64,000 nucleotides of DNA, taken from positions 29 through 64,028 of the forward strand of contig JBFWUF010000015.1 in NCBI GenBank assembly GCA_050247435.1, read 5' to 3'. Origin of the DNA: Blastocatellales bacterium. Lineage in GTDB: Bacteria; Acidobacteriota; Blastocatellia; RBC074. The position numbers were made by a program, and so were the translations under genes. The notes under the pieces are model-generated. The model saw only the letters and a program-made list of their open reading frames with translations, was not told the origin of the DNA and did no database searches. Of this stretch, positions 17,262 to 28,263 are shown piece by piece. The first letter of the stretch is position 1, and each line of letters begins with the position of its first letter.

Positions 17262-18923
17262 TTAAATCTCCAGCACGACCGGAATGATCATCGGCCTTCG
17301 TCCTGTCTCTTTCTGAATATATCGTTTGAGATCGAGGCGTATCTTTTCCTTGATCACGGCCCAGTCCACGCGCTCTTCGTGCCTGGCGTTGGTCACGGTC
17401 TCGCCGATGATAACTCGGGCTTTGTTTAAGAACTCGGCCCCGTCGTCGCTCAGAGCCAGGCCACGCTGGATGACTTCGGGCGCTGATTCCAGTTCGCCTG
17501 ACGCTTTGTTGATCGCCACGATTGGCAGCACGATTCCATCGTAGGCCAGATGCTTCCGGTCGCGCAGCACCAACTCGTCTATCCGGCCCGTCCCCGAATC
17601 GTCAATCAGCGTGCGGCCTACGGTCACCTTGTCCACCACCTTCGCGCTGTTTTCATCAAGCTCGATGATGTCGCCGCTTTCGGAGAGCACGACGCGGTCG
17701 CGCGGCACGCCCCATTTGCGCGCGGCTTCGGCGTGGCGATAAAGCTGCCGGGTCTCGCCGTGAATCGGGATCAAAAATTTAGGCCGCACGGCGTCGTACA
17801 TGATTTTCAGATCGCCTTCGCGCCCGTGACCCGAAACGTGAATCCGCGCGATGCTCGAATCAATCACGCGCGCGTCCTTTTTAAACAGATGATTCATCAT
17901 CCGCGAGATTGATCTCTCATTTCCCGGGATCTGCCGCGCGGAGATCACCACAGTGTCGCCCTGTACCACACTGGCGTCTTTGTGCGAATCAACCGACATT
18001 CTTGCCAGCGCGGACATCGGCTCGCCCTGGCTGCCGGTAACCAGCAGACACACCTCACTCGGCGACGACCTCTTCGCCTGCGCGGGGCTGATCAATTGTC
18101 CTTCGTCCACGTCCAGGTAGCCGTAACGCAGCGCTGTCTCGACATTGCGGATCATCGCGCGTCCCAGCAGTGCGACGCGCCGCCCTCTCTCCGCCGCCAG
18201 GTCAAACACGATCTGCAACCGGTGGATGCTGGTGGCGAAGCACGAGACGATGACGCGCCCTTCAGCGTCATCGAAGATTTTATCGAAGGCCGGGATGACG
18301 GCCTTCTCCGATCCGGTGCGGCCTTCGCGTTCGACGTTGGTCGAATCGGCGAGCAGCGCCAACACGCCGTCGTCACCGTAAGCCGTCAACCGATTCAAAT
18401 CAATCGGCTCACCGATCACCGGCGTCTCGTCAACCTTGAAATCGCCAGTATGCACGACGACGCCGACCGGCGTGTGGATCGCCAGCGCGACGCAATCTAT
18501 CAACGAGTGCGAAACGTGGATGAATTCGATCTCGAATGGCCCGAGCGTGAATTTCTGCCGCTGGTTGATCGTGTGCGTCTGGACTTTGTCGAGCAGGCCG
18601 AATTCCTGCAGCTTCCCTTCCACCAGCGCGAAGGTGAATTGAGTTGCGTAGATCGGAACGTTCGCGACTTGCAGGACAAACGGCAGAGCGCCGATGTGGT
18701 CTTCGTGCGCGTGCGTCAGCACTATGCCGATGATCTCGTCACGATGCTCTTCGATGTAGGTGAGGTCGGGAATCGCGATGTCAACGCCGAGCAGGTCTTC
18801 GTCGGGAAACATCATCCCGCAATCAACGATGATCATCTGATCGTCGTACCTGAAGACAGTTATGTTCATTCCAAACTGGCCCAGACCGCCCAGTGGTGTG
18901 ATTTGTAGTTTGCCCATGTCCAT
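17262..18923 (-). CDS. rnj: Ribonuclease J (metallo-beta-lactamase / beta-CASP RNase)
   Basis: 553 aa with HAHEDHIG (HxHxDH) and beta-CASP motifs. An 18-bp palindrome (CGCTTTGTTAACAAAGCG, ~17193-17210) lies just downstream. Confidence 0.85.
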   Translation of the reverse strand: MDMGKLQITPLGGLGQFGMNITVFRYDDQMIIVDCGMMFPDEDLLGVDIAIPDLTYIEEHRDEIIGIVLTHAHEDHIGALPFVLQVANVPIYATQFTFALVEGKLQEFGLLDKVQTHTINQRQKFTLGPFEIEFIHVSHSLIDCVALAIHTPVGVVVHTGDFKVDETPVIGEPIDLNRLTAYGDDGVLALLADSTNVEREGRTGSEKAVIPAFDKIFDDAEGRVIVSCFATSIHRLQIVFDLAAERGRRVALLGRAMIRNVETALRYGYLDVDEGQLISPAQAKRSSPSEVCLLVTGSQGEPMSALARMSVDSHKDASVVQGDTVVISARQIPGNERSISRMMNHLFKKDARVIDSSIARIHVSGHGREGDLKIMYDAVRPKFLIPIHGETRQLYRHAEAARKWGVPRDRVVLSESGDIIELDENSAKVVDKVTVGRTLIDDSGTGRIDELVLRDRKHLAYDGIVLPIVAINKASGELESAPEVIQRGLALSDDGAEFLNKARVIIGETVTNARHEERVDWAVIKEKIRLDLKRYIQKETGRRPMIIPVVLEI

Positions 18924-19015
18924 TGGTCATTTCCGCTTTCTATTTATTGCCCCGCAGTATAGCTCAAAACCGCGCGGGGGATGAGGGAGGAACAACCAGG
19001 CGAGTGAAAAATCCA

Positions 19016-19855
19016 TTAGCCGCTAATTATTGCGTCAGCCAGACGCGCGATCTCTTCGATAGATAGTGTTTCGGCGCGCCGCTTCGGATCGAGTCCGCTG
19101 GAAGACAGCGGGCCGGAAATCCCGGAAACGCCAGGCAGTCCCAATCTGCCCCAACCAGCGCGCAGGTTGTTTAGAATGGTCTTCCTGCGCTGCGCGAAGA
19201 GAACCTTCGTCAGTTCGATCAGCAAAGCCTCGTCTTTGACAGCCGCCGTCCGCTCGCGCACGCGCAGCCGGAGAACACTAGAATGAACTTTCGGCGCGGG
19301 GCGAAACGCGCCGGGCGGAATATCGAACAGCTTCTCGACCTCGCAGTAAAACTGCGCGAGCACGGACAGGAAGCCGTACTCCTTGCCTCCCGGAGAGGCC
19401 GCGATCCGCTCGACCACCTCACGCTGCAACATCAAAGTCATCTCGCTAAGACATCGGCGATGCTCTATCAATCGCTGCATGATCGGCGTCGAAATGTAAT
19501 ACGGCAAGTTCGCAACCACTCGCGCCGTGGGTCGCGCCGTGGGTCGCGCCGTGGGTCGCGCGGTAGTGTCAGGCGCGATCAATTCGCAATAATCAACCTG
19601 CAACGCATCAGCTTCGACCAGCCGGAAATTTTCGCGGCCAGCGAAACGCTGTGAGAGATGCGGAATCAACTCAGGATCGAGTTCGATGGCAATGACGCTA
19701 GCCCCGCTCTCGACCAACAGCCCGGTCAATGCGCCCTGCCCCGGCCCAATCTCGACGATTGTCTCGCCCGCACGCGGCGCGACGGAATCAACGATGCGCC
19801 GGGGGTAATGCGAACCAACAAGGAAATTTTGTCCAAGCCCGCGTTTGGCTCGCAT
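19016..19855 (-). CDS. rsmA: 16S rRNA (adenine1518/1519-N6)-dimethyltransferase RsmA/KsgA, containing an in-frame TARP x3-4 tetrapeptide repeat
   Basis: GQNFL...[15 protein letters not shown]-binding motif. Tandem 12-bp repeat at 19521-19568. Confidence 0.85.
   Translation of the reverse strand: MRAKRGLGQNFLVGSHYPRRIVDSVAPRAGETIVEIGPGQGALTGLLVESGASVIAIELDPELIPHLSQRFAGRENFRLVEADALQVDYCELIAPDTTARPTARPTARPTARVVANLPYYISTPIMQRLIEHRRCLSEMTLMLQREVVERIAASPGGKEYGFLSVLAQFYCEVEKLFDIPPGAFRPAPKVHSSVLRLRVRERTAAVKDEALLIELTKVLFAQRRKTILNNLRAGWGRLGLPGVSGISGPLSSSGLDPKRRAETLSIEEIARLADAIISG
19521..19568. repeat. 12-bp tandem repeat (CGCGCCGTGGGT: three perfect copies and one diverged) inside ksgA, encoding (TARP)n
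   Basis: Read directly from the sequence. Confidence 0.9.
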
Positions 19856-19906
19856 AAGCCTTCAAGCAGTGTGGGGGATGAATTCGCTAGTGGGGTGATA
19901 AGAACG

Positions 19907-19940
19907 AATATGCCATATGCCATATTTCATATGAAATATG
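19907..19940. promoter_or_regulatory. AT-rich operator-like motif: direct ATATGCC x2 followed by the perfect 20-bp palindrome CATATTTCATATGAAATATG, upstream of ksgA
   Basis: Perfect palindrome in a GC-rich context, ~65 bp upstream of the ksgA start. Confidence 0.35.
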
Positions 19941-19963
19941 AACCTGATGACGCCGCAGAGCGA

Positions 19964-20962
19964 TTACAGATCCGCTTCGGCTGGTCGAACTTCACTACTC
20001 AATTCGATGCTCTCTTTTTTCGTCAATCGGCTTGCCAATCTCAACCTCGAAGTCATCACTCCGGCGATGATTAACGCCGCGCCCACGCCTCGCCGCCAGC
20101 CCAGATTCTCGCTCAGAACCAGATATGCGAAGACTGCCGACGTGACTGGTTCGAGCGCGTAAAGAATCGCCGCGTGCGTCGAAGAGACTCTCTTCTGCGC
20201 CCACGTTTGCACCAAAGCCGCGACGAACGTCACCACGACGGCCATGTAAGCCACCTGCGCGGCGAACTGCCAGTTGATCGGGTTCGCCCCCGCCTCCATC
20301 GCCACCAGAGCCGGGAGCGATTTCGGATCAGCCGCCGAATGGGCGATCCAGCTCAAGATCAAATAGGCTGTGATCGAGAGCGCGGCCACGACCATCACTT
20401 GCACGGCGGCCAGCGTCTTCACGTCGGCTTCGCTGGCGAACGCGCTCGTCGCCGCGATGTGCGCGGCCCAGGCCACGGCGGCGAACAGAATCAGGAAATC
20501 TCCCCAGTTGAGCGATTCGCCGCCTTGCGGGTAACTGAGCAGGGCGAATCCGCCGATCGCGATCAGAAGTCCGGTCAGGTGGTCGCGCGTCGGTCGCGAA
20601 CGAAACAGCAGATACGCGAGCAGCGGCGTGAAGACCAGATAAAGCCCGGCGATGAATCCGGCTTTCGACGCTTGCGTGAAGACCAGTCCGGAAGTGTAAA
20701 AAGCTATGCCCGCGAAGCTGAACAGTCCGAGCATCGCGCCTTGAAGAATCTCTTTCCTGCCGCTGCGCCGCAGATGGCCGGAGAACAGCAGTCCGAAGCA
20801 GAGCGCCGCGATTCCGAAACGCAAACTGGTGTAATAAGCCGGAGAATGATCCGACAGAATCGTTTTGGTGATGACATGCGACGTTCCCCAGATCAGCGCG
20901 AGCGAGATCAGAGCGGCGTCAGATTTCCAGAAGGAGGCTTGATTCGTTTGAGGTTTGTTCAT
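19964..20962 (-). CDS. EamA/DMT-family transporter (10-TM)
   Basis: 332 aa with two EamA-like halves and a hydrophobic profile. Confidence 0.7.
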   Translation of the reverse strand: MNKPQTNQASFWKSDAALISLALIWGTSHVITKTILSDHSPAYYTSLRFGIAALCFGLLFSGHLRRSGRKEILQGAMLGLFSFAGIAFYTSGLVFTQASKAGFIAGLYLVFTPLLAYLLFRSRPTRDHLTGLLIAIGGFALLSYPQGGESLNWGDFLILFAAVAWAAHIAATSAFASEADVKTLAAVQVMVVAALSITAYLILSWIAHSAADPKSLPALVAMEAGANPINWQFAAQVAYMAVVVTFVAALVQTWAQKRVSSTHAAILYALEPVTSAVFAYLVLSENLGWRRGVGAALIIAGVMTSRLRLASRLTKKESIELSSEVRPAEADL

Positions 20963-20968
20963 CGCTGA

Positions 20969-22210
20969 TTACTCGAACAGGCCGTCAACATAAGTCTTCG
21001 GGTCGAACACGACCAGGTCGTCGGCCTTCTCGCCGATGCCGCAATAACGGATCGGCAGATTCAGTTCCTTCGCAATCGCCACGGCGATGCCGCCTTTCGC
21101 GGTGCCATCGAGTTTGGTCAGAACCAGCCCGGTCACGTCGGCCACCTTCATAAATTCGCGCGCCTGGCTCAAGCCATTCTGCCCCGTCACCGCGTCAACC
21201 ACCAGCAGCGTCTCGTGCGGCGCGCTTTGCACTTCGCGCCCGGCGACGCGCTTCATCTTTTCAAGCTCAGCCATCAGGTTCGCCTTGTTGTGCAACCGTC
21301 CGGCGGTGTCAACGATCAGCACATCGGCGTTGCGCGCCTTCGCGGATTTGAGCGAATCAAACACAACCGCCGCCGGGTCGGTTCCCTGCTTCTGCTGGAT
21401 CAACGGAACACCTGCGCGCTCGGCCCAGATCGCAAGCTGATCGGAAGCCGCCGCGCGGAAGGTGTCCGCCGCGCAGATCAACACGTCATACCCGTCGGCC
21501 TTGATGCGCTGAGCCAGCTTGCCAATCGTGGTTGTCTTGCCTGCGCCGTTGACGCCGACGACCATCATCACGTAAGGCCGCACGTCATCGCTCACGGCTG
21601 TCTCCGCAGCCACACCGCGCGCGTGCTCGGCCTTTTCGAGAATGTCGAGCAGATGCTGTTTGATCACCCGCTTCAATTCGTCAACATCTTTCAAAGACTG
21701 CCGATTGACCTGACGCCGCACGTCCTCGATGATCTCCATCGTCGTTTGCACGCCGATGTCGGCGCCGATCAAAGCCTCTTCAAGCTCCTCCAACGTCGTC
21801 TCGTCAATCTGCTTCCGGCCTTTGACGGCGTCCTCGATTCGAGTGGAGATGTTTTCGCGCGTGGCTGAAACGGCCTTGCGGAACCGCGAGAAAAAGTTCT
21901 CTTCCTCGACCGGTTCTTCGGGTATCTCTTCAAGCGCGGGTTTCGCGGCAGTGGGCTGCGAACTTCGGAACGAAGGCTTCGCAGGTTCAAACAACTTCGC
22001 AGCTTCGGCGGCCCATTGCTCAGATGTGATCTCAACGGGTTTAACCGTCTCAGGCTCCGCCACAGCCGGTTCAGCTATCACAGGCTCAGCTACGACTGGC
22101 TCGACCTCCAACCGGGCGGGTTCTTCAACTCGCGCCTCATCCACTTCATTCGGCCCGCCCAATCCCAGCGAAATAAAATCGTCTTTCTTACGTCTCCAAA
22201 AAAGGCCCAT
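20969..22210 (-). CDS. ftsY: Signal recognition particle receptor FtsY
   Basis: [20 protein letters not shown] and an NG domain. Acidic repetitive N-terminal region. Confidence 0.9.
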   Translation of the reverse strand: MGLFWRRKKDDFISLGLGGPNEVDEARVEEPARLEVEPVVAEPVIAEPAVAEPETVKPVEITSEQWAAEAAKLFEPAKPSFRSSQPTAAKPALEEIPEEPVEEENFFSRFRKAVSATRENISTRIEDAVKGRKQIDETTLEELEEALIGADIGVQTTMEIIEDVRRQVNRQSLKDVDELKRVIKQHLLDILEKAEHARGVAAETAVSDDVRPYVMMVVGVNGAGKTTTIGKLAQRIKADGYDVLICAADTFRAAASDQLAIWAERAGVPLIQQKQGTDPAAVVFDSLKSAKARNADVLIVDTAGRLHNKANLMAELEKMKRVAGREVQSAPHETLLVVDAVTGQNGLSQAREFMKVADVTGLVLTKLDGTAKGGIAVAIAKELNLPIRYCGIGEKADDLVVFDPKTYVDGLFE

Positions 22211-22219
22211 AACAAAATC

Positions 22220-23464
22220 TCAATCCCGAATCTCGAATTTCAAATTCCCGCTCAATCCCCCAACCGCCAACGCCTCGGTCGTTTGCGCGGCGACTGCCTG
22301 TTCGTCTTTCGGATAAAACCACAGCAGCGCGGCGGAAACCAGCGGAAAGATCGCGGCCATTGCCAGCGCGTGCGCGAATCCGAATCGCTCGCTCATCTTC
22401 CCGACCAGCGGAGTCATCAACGCTCCCGCGCCCCACGCGAATCCCATCATCAACGCTGAAACCGTGCTCGCGCCGCCGGGAACCAGCCGCTGAGCCATCA
22501 CCACGCTGATCGGGATCGGTAGGTTCAAAACCGTTCCGCCAGCCATCAGCAAAACATTGCTGAGCGTCCCGCGCGTCGAAAACGCCGCCAGCAACAGAGG
22601 CGTGGCGATCAACATCGCCACCAACGAAACTCGCCGTGCGCCCAGACGGTCAGCCAGCGCGCCTCCAAAAAAACCGCCCACCCCGCCGAAGAATAAAAAT
22701 CCAGCCAGCACCGAACCGTATTCCATCTCGGTCATCCCGAAACTCTTCAACGCGAACGGCCAGTAAGTCTGCACGCTGACCGAAACCGCCGAGCGCAGCA
22801 CGACGGCGAAATAAAGCAGCGTCAACGGCGCCCAGGCCGCGCGCAAAGCGTCGCCCAATGAAGGCGCATCCGCCGCCCGCTCCCTGCGTTCAAGCGGCGG
22901 GCAATAACGAAGCATCACGACCCAGATCGCCACGCCCCAGACGACCGCGTACCAGCTTCGCTCCAACCCGAACCGGCCAACGATCAGCGCGATCAGCAAC
23001 GGCCCCAGCGCGTAACCAACCGTGCCCGCCGACGAGAAGATGGACATCACCATTCCCTGATGCCTGCCAATCTTGCCCATTTTGTCGGACGAAGCCGCGC
23101 GAGACACCAGAGCCGCTCCCTGCGGATGGAATATCCCGACGCCGACGCCGCCCAGAATCACCAGCGCCATCAGCATCGGCAAACTGTCGGCCATCCCCAG
23201 ACAGGAGAGAAAGACCGCCGCGATCAGAGGCCCGAAAACCACCATCGAACGTTTCAAATAACGATCAGAAATCACGCCGTAAACCGGCTGCATCAGCGAC
23301 GAAGCGATGGTCAGAACCGGCGGAACCAATCCCGCCTGCGCAGGCGTCAGGTGAAGTTTCACGGCCATCAACGGCAGCAGTTGAAACAAAAAGCTCGAAT
23401 AAGAATCCATCACGAAGTGCGCCGTTGACAGCAACGTGATGGTCAGTTTGTTCTTTCTATCCAT
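22220..23464 (-). CDS. MFS transporter
   Basis: 414 aa, 12-TM-like profile and an MFS-type loop motif (GVISDRYLKR). Confidence 0.7.
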   Translation of the reverse strand: MDRKNKLTITLLSTAHFVMDSYSSFLFQLLPLMAVKLHLTPAQAGLVPPVLTIASSLMQPVYGVISDRYLKRSMVVFGPLIAAVFLSCLGMADSLPMLMALVILGGVGVGIFHPQGAALVSRAASSDKMGKIGRHQGMVMSIFSSAGTVGYALGPLLIALIVGRFGLERSWYAVVWGVAIWVVMLRYCPPLERRERAADAPSLGDALRAAWAPLTLLYFAVVLRSAVSVSVQTYWPFALKSFGMTEMEYGSVLAGFLFFGGVGGFFGGALADRLGARRVSLVAMLIATPLLLAAFSTRGTLSNVLLMAGGTVLNLPIPISVVMAQRLVPGGASTVSALMMGFAWGAGALMTPLVGKMSERFGFAHALAMAAIFPLVSAALLWFYPKDEQAVAAQTTEALAVGGLSGNLKFEIRD

Positions 23465-23503
23465 TTCGACGGGTGATGTTTATTTGTAGCTTCGAGGGAA
23501 CGA

Positions 23504-23620
<117 letters not shown>

Positions 23621-23653
23621 CTTCTCTCAAATTGCGTGTTTTGGTGTCGCTTC

Positions 23654-24403
23654 TCAGATTCCATACTTCCGAGCCGCTTCAATAAATTCTCTGAAAATAG
23701 CCTGCGAAAACTTATCTTTCTCCCAGCCGATTTCGGGATGCCATTGCACGCCCAATACAAACCGATCCGGGCGCCTGTCAACGATCGCCTCAATCACTCC
23801 GTCCGGCGCGCACGCGATCACGCGCAGATCGCGCCCGACCTTATTCACAGCCTGATGATGAGAACTGTTGACGCGCGCGGTTTCGCCTCCGGCGAGTTGC
23901 GCGAGCAGCGAATCGGCTTCGATCCTGACGTGATGCGAAGGCCGGTTCACAACCTGTCCCTGCTCGTGTTTGATGGCCCCAGGCGTTTGCGACGCCAGGT
24001 CTTGAATCAACGAACCGCCGCGCGCGACGTTCAACGACTGCATCCCGAAACAGATGCCCAACACCGGCATCGCGTTCTTTTCGGCAAGTTCAAGCAGAAT
24101 CAGATCGGCCTCATCGCGCTCCGGGATGACCGGCCCAAGCTTCTGATGCGGCTCCTCGCCGTAATAAACCGGGTCGAGGTCGCTGTTGCTGCCCGACAGC
24201 ATCAAACCGTCGAGCCGCTCGCAGAGCGCCGAAAGATATTCACGATCTGGAATCAGGGGAATGTAGACGGGCGCGCCGCCTGCCGCTTCGACAGCCTCGG
24301 CGTAATACCGGCGCAGGTAAAAACTATCTTCCTCATTGAGCCGCGTAGTGACGCCGATCAATGGATGTGAGGCAACAGATAAAGCCGACCGAGCCAATTT
24401 CAA
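23654..24403 (-). CDS. Class I glutamine amidotransferase / gamma-glutamyl-GABA hydrolase family (peptidase C26)
   Basis: GICFGMQ catalytic Cys motif and HH...E near the C-terminus. Confidence 0.75.
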   Translation of the reverse strand: MKLARSALSVASHPLIGVTTRLNEEDSFYLRRYYAEAVEAAGGAPVYIPLIPDREYLSALCERLDGLMLSGSNSDLDPVYYGEEPHQKLGPVIPERDEADLILLELAEKNAMPVLGICFGMQSLNVARGGSLIQDLASQTPGAIKHEQGQVVNRPSHHVRIEADSLLAQLAGGETARVNSSHHQAVNKVGRDLRVIACAPDGVIEAIVDRRPDRFVLGVQWHPEIGWEKDKFSQAIFREFIEAARKYGI

Positions 24404-24503
24404 ACTCCCATAACGAAATTTAGTGAGCGAATTGCGAGTGTAAACGGCGCCTTGTGGCTTGTCAAAAGAGGGCTTCGAGCAGTGTTATGTGAACGCCCTC
24501 GAA

Positions 24504-24836
24504 TCAAAATAGAGTCAGAACGCCGGAAATTTGATCCTGGGACAAGGCTCGGATGTCGTCGTAGTAGTTCCGCAAAAGGCTTTCGATGTCAGAAGTTTTG
24601 CAGTTCCCACGCCGAATCCAGATCACTTTTGGAGGAAACCCGAGCAGCAAGCACAAGTCGCTGAAATCGGCGTCTTTGGTCACAACCAGAAAATCATTCC
24701 GCCGCGCATATTCGCGGATGATGGTGTCATTTACCTGATCGAGTCCCAACAGGGAAACGTGGCTGGAGCCGGGAAAGAGGTCACTGAGGCGGTTGATCAG
24801 ACGAGGCGACAGGTTGTGGTCGAAAAGCAGTTTCAC
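24504..24836 (-). CDS. DUF5615-family PIN-like protein (putative toxin). Its GTG start overlaps the stop of the upstream DUF433 gene (GTGA).
   Basis: The protein begins (V/M)KLLFDHNLSP, as DUF5615 proteins typically do. The 4-bp overlap was read from the sequence. Confidence 0.6.
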   Translation of the reverse strand: MKLLFDHNLSPRLINRLSDLFPGSSHVSLLGLDQVNDTIIREYARRNDFLVVTKDADFSDLCLLLGFPPKVIWIRRGNCKTSDIESLLRNYYDDIRALSQDQISGVLTLF

Positions 24837-25120
24837 GTGGGAACAACCATCAGACTTTTTTCCCGATCCGCCGCATAACTCAGACAAGCGCGGATGTCTT
24901 CTTCCGTCAGGTATGGGAAGTCATCAAGGATTTCCTGCGGCGTCATTCCCGAAGCAAGGTATTCAAGCACATCGTAGACGGTGATGCGCATGCCCCTGAT
25001 ACAGGGTTTGCCACCGCGTTTTCCCGGCTCAATTGTAATGATGTCTTTGTAATTCATAGCCCCGATGGTAGACCGCTGGCTGCGAACAGACAAGCCCTCA
25101 TCCCCGTGATTGAGTTTCAC
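24833..25120 (-). CDS. DUF433-domain protein (putative antitoxin partner of DUF5615)
   Basis: 95 aa; ...PCIRGMRITVYDVLEYLASGMTPQEILDDFPYLTEEDIRACLSYA is typical of DUF433. Confidence 0.6.
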   Translation of the reverse strand: MKLNHGDEGLSVRSQRSTIGAMNYKDIITIEPGKRGGKPCIRGMRITVYDVLEYLASGMTPQEILDDFPYLTEEDIRACLSYAADREKSLMVVPT

Positions 25121-25157
25121 TTCATGTCCAGCTCAAAACGAGTGTTATCTGAAGCCC

Positions 25158-25568
25158 TCACTCCACCGCCCTATTCCGGGCAATCATCCTCAACATCTCT
25201 TCCCTGCTCTTCTTTTTTTCGTTGTATCCGCGCTCGCCGTAAGGCTGCAATCTCTCCAGCCATAATTCTTCAAGGAACGTCAGGTCTTCCCGATAATCGC
25301 GCGCCGGATCGTTTCCGGGCGTGAGTTCATCCAGAATCTCGAAGGCGAAGCTTTCACCGCCGAACTCATTCCACTCAGCTTGAAGCCGCGCGTTAGGATG
25401 ACTTCCCATCTTCAATTGTAGTTTCTGCCGATTGAACATACCGGGAAGATTGAGTGAGGCGCCAACCAGGACTTTGTCATTGACGATGTTGCGTATTTCG
25501 TAAACGCCCATCGGACGATGGCTCAGTTTGTACTCTCTCTTCAGTTCTTTCTTCTTGTTACTCATCAT
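25158..25568 (-). CDS. Stand-alone GIY-YIG nuclease-family protein
   Basis: GVYEIRNIVNDKVLVGAS...N (GIY...YIG-like) N-terminal domain; 136 aa. Confidence 0.6.
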   Translation of the reverse strand: MMSNKKKELKREYKLSHRPMGVYEIRNIVNDKVLVGASLNLPGMFNRQKLQLKMGSHPNARLQAEWNEFGGESFAFEILDELTPGNDPARDYREDLTFLEELWLERLQPYGERGYNEKKKSREEMLRMIARNRAVE

Positions 25569-25609
25569 TATTCCTTCTTCCTGATGCGGATAGTTTTTGC
25601 GGCGAGGGT

Positions 25610-26524
25610 TTACAGGTCAGAGAAGTTGATCAGCTTCACGTCACTCTCTTTCAACATCGCAACAACATCAGGATCGGTCAGCAGCCGCAGTTCGTTCTCT
25701 CTCGATGCGCGCAAGCGTGTTTTGACGCCGTCGAGTTCAGCGTCGTCATACCCCGGATGGCACATCAACTCGCTGGCGCCGCAGGGCAATCGTTCGATCA
25801 GGCCATTCAGCCAACGTATGCTCCAGAAGCCGGTTTGTGTGACTCCGAAGAAGGCGTCGGTCGTTTTGACGTTTGTTTGCCGCAGCGCCGACTCGCCCGC
25901 GCGGCACAGTTGCGAGAGGGCGAAAGCTCCCGCGCTCTGGCCGATCAGTTTGAGCGAGCTTGCGCGCGGGTCGAACCACCATCGCTCGCGCGGCAATCGC
26001 ATCGCGTTGACGCCGTAGTCGTTGATCGTTCGGGCAATCGCGCGGCAAACCTTCGGCAGCGCGTGCGTGTGTTTGTGACTGTCAACGTGAGTGAGTTTGA
26101 TTCCGGCGCACAGGGCCTTTTCAAGCTGCGCGCGCAGTTCAATGACAACCTCTTCAATCCGCAAACGCCCGGCGATCAGGCGTGGGACAATCGCCGCGCT
26201 CGTTCCCAAAAACTCACCGCGTTCGTCAAGCAGGCCTCCGAGCCGCGAAGGGTCGGCGACAGGGCGTCCCTGCGTGATGTTGAAATGCAATCCGACGCCG
26301 AGCGACGGATGATCTTTGGCCAATCGGACGGCGTCGTCGAAAGCAGGCATGTTGGCCATCAATGTCGCGCTGGTGATGATGCCGCGCGTGTGGGCTTCGA
26401 TGATTGCGCGGTTGACCCCGGCGGTCAGCCCGAAATCATCCGCGTTCACAATCAACCGCTTTGTCCTTCGCGCGACAGACTGTCCGGTCCGCAGCGGATT
26501 TTCTTCTCTCATCAGTTGGCGCAT
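25610..26524 (-). CDS. ChbG/YdjC/HpnK-family carbohydrate deacetylase
   Basis: LIVNADDFGL...GVGLH...HVDSHKH motifs. Confidence 0.75.
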   Translation of the reverse strand: MRQLMREENPLRTGQSVARRTKRLIVNADDFGLTAGVNRAIIEAHTRGIITSATLMANMPAFDDAVRLAKDHPSLGVGLHFNITQGRPVADPSRLGGLLDERGEFLGTSAAIVPRLIAGRLRIEEVVIELRAQLEKALCAGIKLTHVDSHKHTHALPKVCRAIARTINDYGVNAMRLPRERWWFDPRASSLKLIGQSAGAFALSQLCRAGESALRQTNVKTTDAFFGVTQTGFWSIRWLNGLIERLPCGASELMCHPGYDDAELDGVKTRLRASRENELRLLTDPDVVAMLKESDVKLINFSDL

Positions 26525-26735
26525 ATTCAGCCCTTTTGATAAGGCGCGTTTGGTGTTTCGTAACCAATGGCATTATCAGGGCGACATCAGGGATTTTTGA
26601 AGCGGGATTGATTCTTTTGCCCGGAAGAAGTCGCGGAACAGGAGTTGCGGCAAACCGGTTTAAGCGGTCTATGCTGGTTGACGGGTGGCGAACCGGGATT
26701 CTGAAGAGCGACCGCGACGAAGTAAGAAGGAACAT

Positions 26736-28088
26736 ATGACCAATCGTGTCGCCTTATCAAAAGCAGCGGTTGAGAAGATGCAAATTTTCTTTATCGCGCT
26801 CATTTTCGCGCTGGCGGCAGGCTCAAGCGCCTGCGTTTCGCCAGAGTCGGAAACCATCGGCGCGTCTGTCGCTCCGGCGCCGGCGCATTCTTCCATCCCG
26901 GCGAGTGACCCGAACTACCTGCCCATCACGTTGCCTGTCCTTGACGCGCTCCTCGCGGATGAAGCTTTCCGGACGGAGTTGAAGTACCAGATTGGCTTGA
27001 GCGACGAACAGATCAACCAGCTCAGCGCGGTCGCGAGCGAAGAGAACTCAGTGCCCCGCGAGACGGCTGACTGGCGCGGCGCCGCCGCCTTGACGCGCTC
27101 CCGGAAACGAATCGCAGAGGCCATCGGCGAGGAGAAGGCGGCGCGGCTTCACACGCTCGCGCGCGAGTGGTGGAGCGACGCCGCTGTGGCCACAGCCAGC
27201 ATTTTACCCACCGACATCCCCGCTGACACGCGCATCGTCATCAATACGCCGGCGTACCGGATGGACATTTTTGAGAATGGCAAACTGGTGAAATCTTATC
27301 GGATCGGCATCGGCTACCCGGAGTTCCCGCTGCCGACGGGGATGCGAATGGTGGATGCGATCATCTTCAATCCGACGTGGACGCCGCCAAATGAGCCGTG
27401 GGTCAAATCATCCGGAAGCAAAATCAAAGCCGGCCAGATAATCGCAGCGGGCAGCAAACTCAACCCCCTTGGGCTGGTCAAAATCCCGATCGGCTTGCCG
27501 TCGCTGATTCACGGCGGCAAGTCGCCAGCCCAACTCGGCGGCTTTGCCTCGCACGGTTGCGTGGGTTTAACCAACGCGCAGGTCATCAGCCTCTCCAAGC
27601 GGCTCGCGCAACTGGGCGGCGTTGAAATCACCGACGATCAGATCGCGAAATACAGGCGGAGCCGCACGGAGACAAGAAACATCGTGCTCCAGCAGGCGAT
27701 CCCGGTCGAATTTCGTTACGAAACAATCGTCGTCGAGGACGGCAAGCTGCGCATCTATCGCGACGTTTACGAACGCGGAACCAACACTGAAGAGAATCTG
27801 CGAAACGCGCTCGGCGCTTACGGCATGACGCTCGAAAGCCTGAGCGGGAGCGAACGCTCGCGGGTGTTTGACGCTCTCAACCAGATGGGACGCGATGCTA
27901 ACGGAAAAGAAGTTCCCGACACTGGCCTGTCGCCAGGCGCCGCGCCGTCAAAGCGCCAAAACGCTTCTGGGAAAAAGACGCGCCGGGTCATAGGCGAAAA
28001 AATGATAGTGATCGAGATTCCGGCGCTCGCGGGCAAAGGCTACGCCGCGCCGGTCGAGCTTGACTCTGGGGAAAAAGAAACGCTTTAA
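26736..28088 (+). CDS. L,D-transpeptidase (YkuD domain) lipoprotein/secreted
   Basis: HGCVGLTNAQ catalytic Cys motif. Signal peptide with AGSSAC. Confidence 0.75.
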   Translation: MTNRVALSKAAVEKMQIFFIALIFALAAGSSACVSPESETIGASVAPAPAHSSIPASDPNYLPITLPVLDALLADEAFRTELKYQIGLSDEQINQLSAVASEENSVPRETADWRGAAALTRSRKRIAEAIGEEKAARLHTLAREWWSDAAVATASILPTDIPADTRIVINTPAYRMDIFENGKLVKSYRIGIGYPEFPLPTGMRMVDAIIFNPTWTPPNEPWVKSSGSKIKAGQIIAAGSKLNPLGLVKIPIGLPSLIHGGKSPAQLGGFASHGCVGLTNAQVISLSKRLAQLGGVEITDDQIAKYRRSRTETRNIVLQQAIPVEFRYETIVVEDGKLRIYRDVYERGTNTEENLRNALGAYGMTLESLSGSERSRVFDALNQMGRDANGKEVPDTGLSPGAAPSKRQNASGKKTRRVIGEKMIVIEIPALAGKGYAAPVELDSGEKETL

Positions 28089-28158
28089 ACAATTCCCGCC
28101 TCGATAACGTAAACTCTCTCGCGCAAATCCAATCTCAAATTCGGAAAAGAAAATCGCT

Positions 28159-28246
28159 CCTGGGCGCCCATCGCTTCCAGCATGCAGACTTCGATCCGAG
28201 GGCCTACCAGCGAAAGCGGGCACGCTGGAAGCGATGCGAACCCAGG
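28159..28246. repeat. Palindromic MITE/REP-like element, copy B (CCTGGGCGCCCATCGCTTCCAGCATGC ... GCACGCTGGAAGCGATGCGAACCCAGG)
   Basis: Same termini and core (CATCGCTTCCAGC.TGC) as copies A and C. It lies immediately upstream of the PQQ-dehydrogenase start. Confidence 0.75.
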
Positions 28247-28263
28247 AATTTTCGGAGGGAAGA

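Noticed and set aside
17982-18908. 308-aa plus-strand ORF inside RNase J
   Set aside because: Antisense to rnj; low-complexity Arg/Asp-rich.
20174-20968. 264-aa plus-strand ORF antisense to the EamA transporter
   Set aside because: Arg/Glu/Asp-rich shadow ORF opposite a convincing 10-TM transporter gene.
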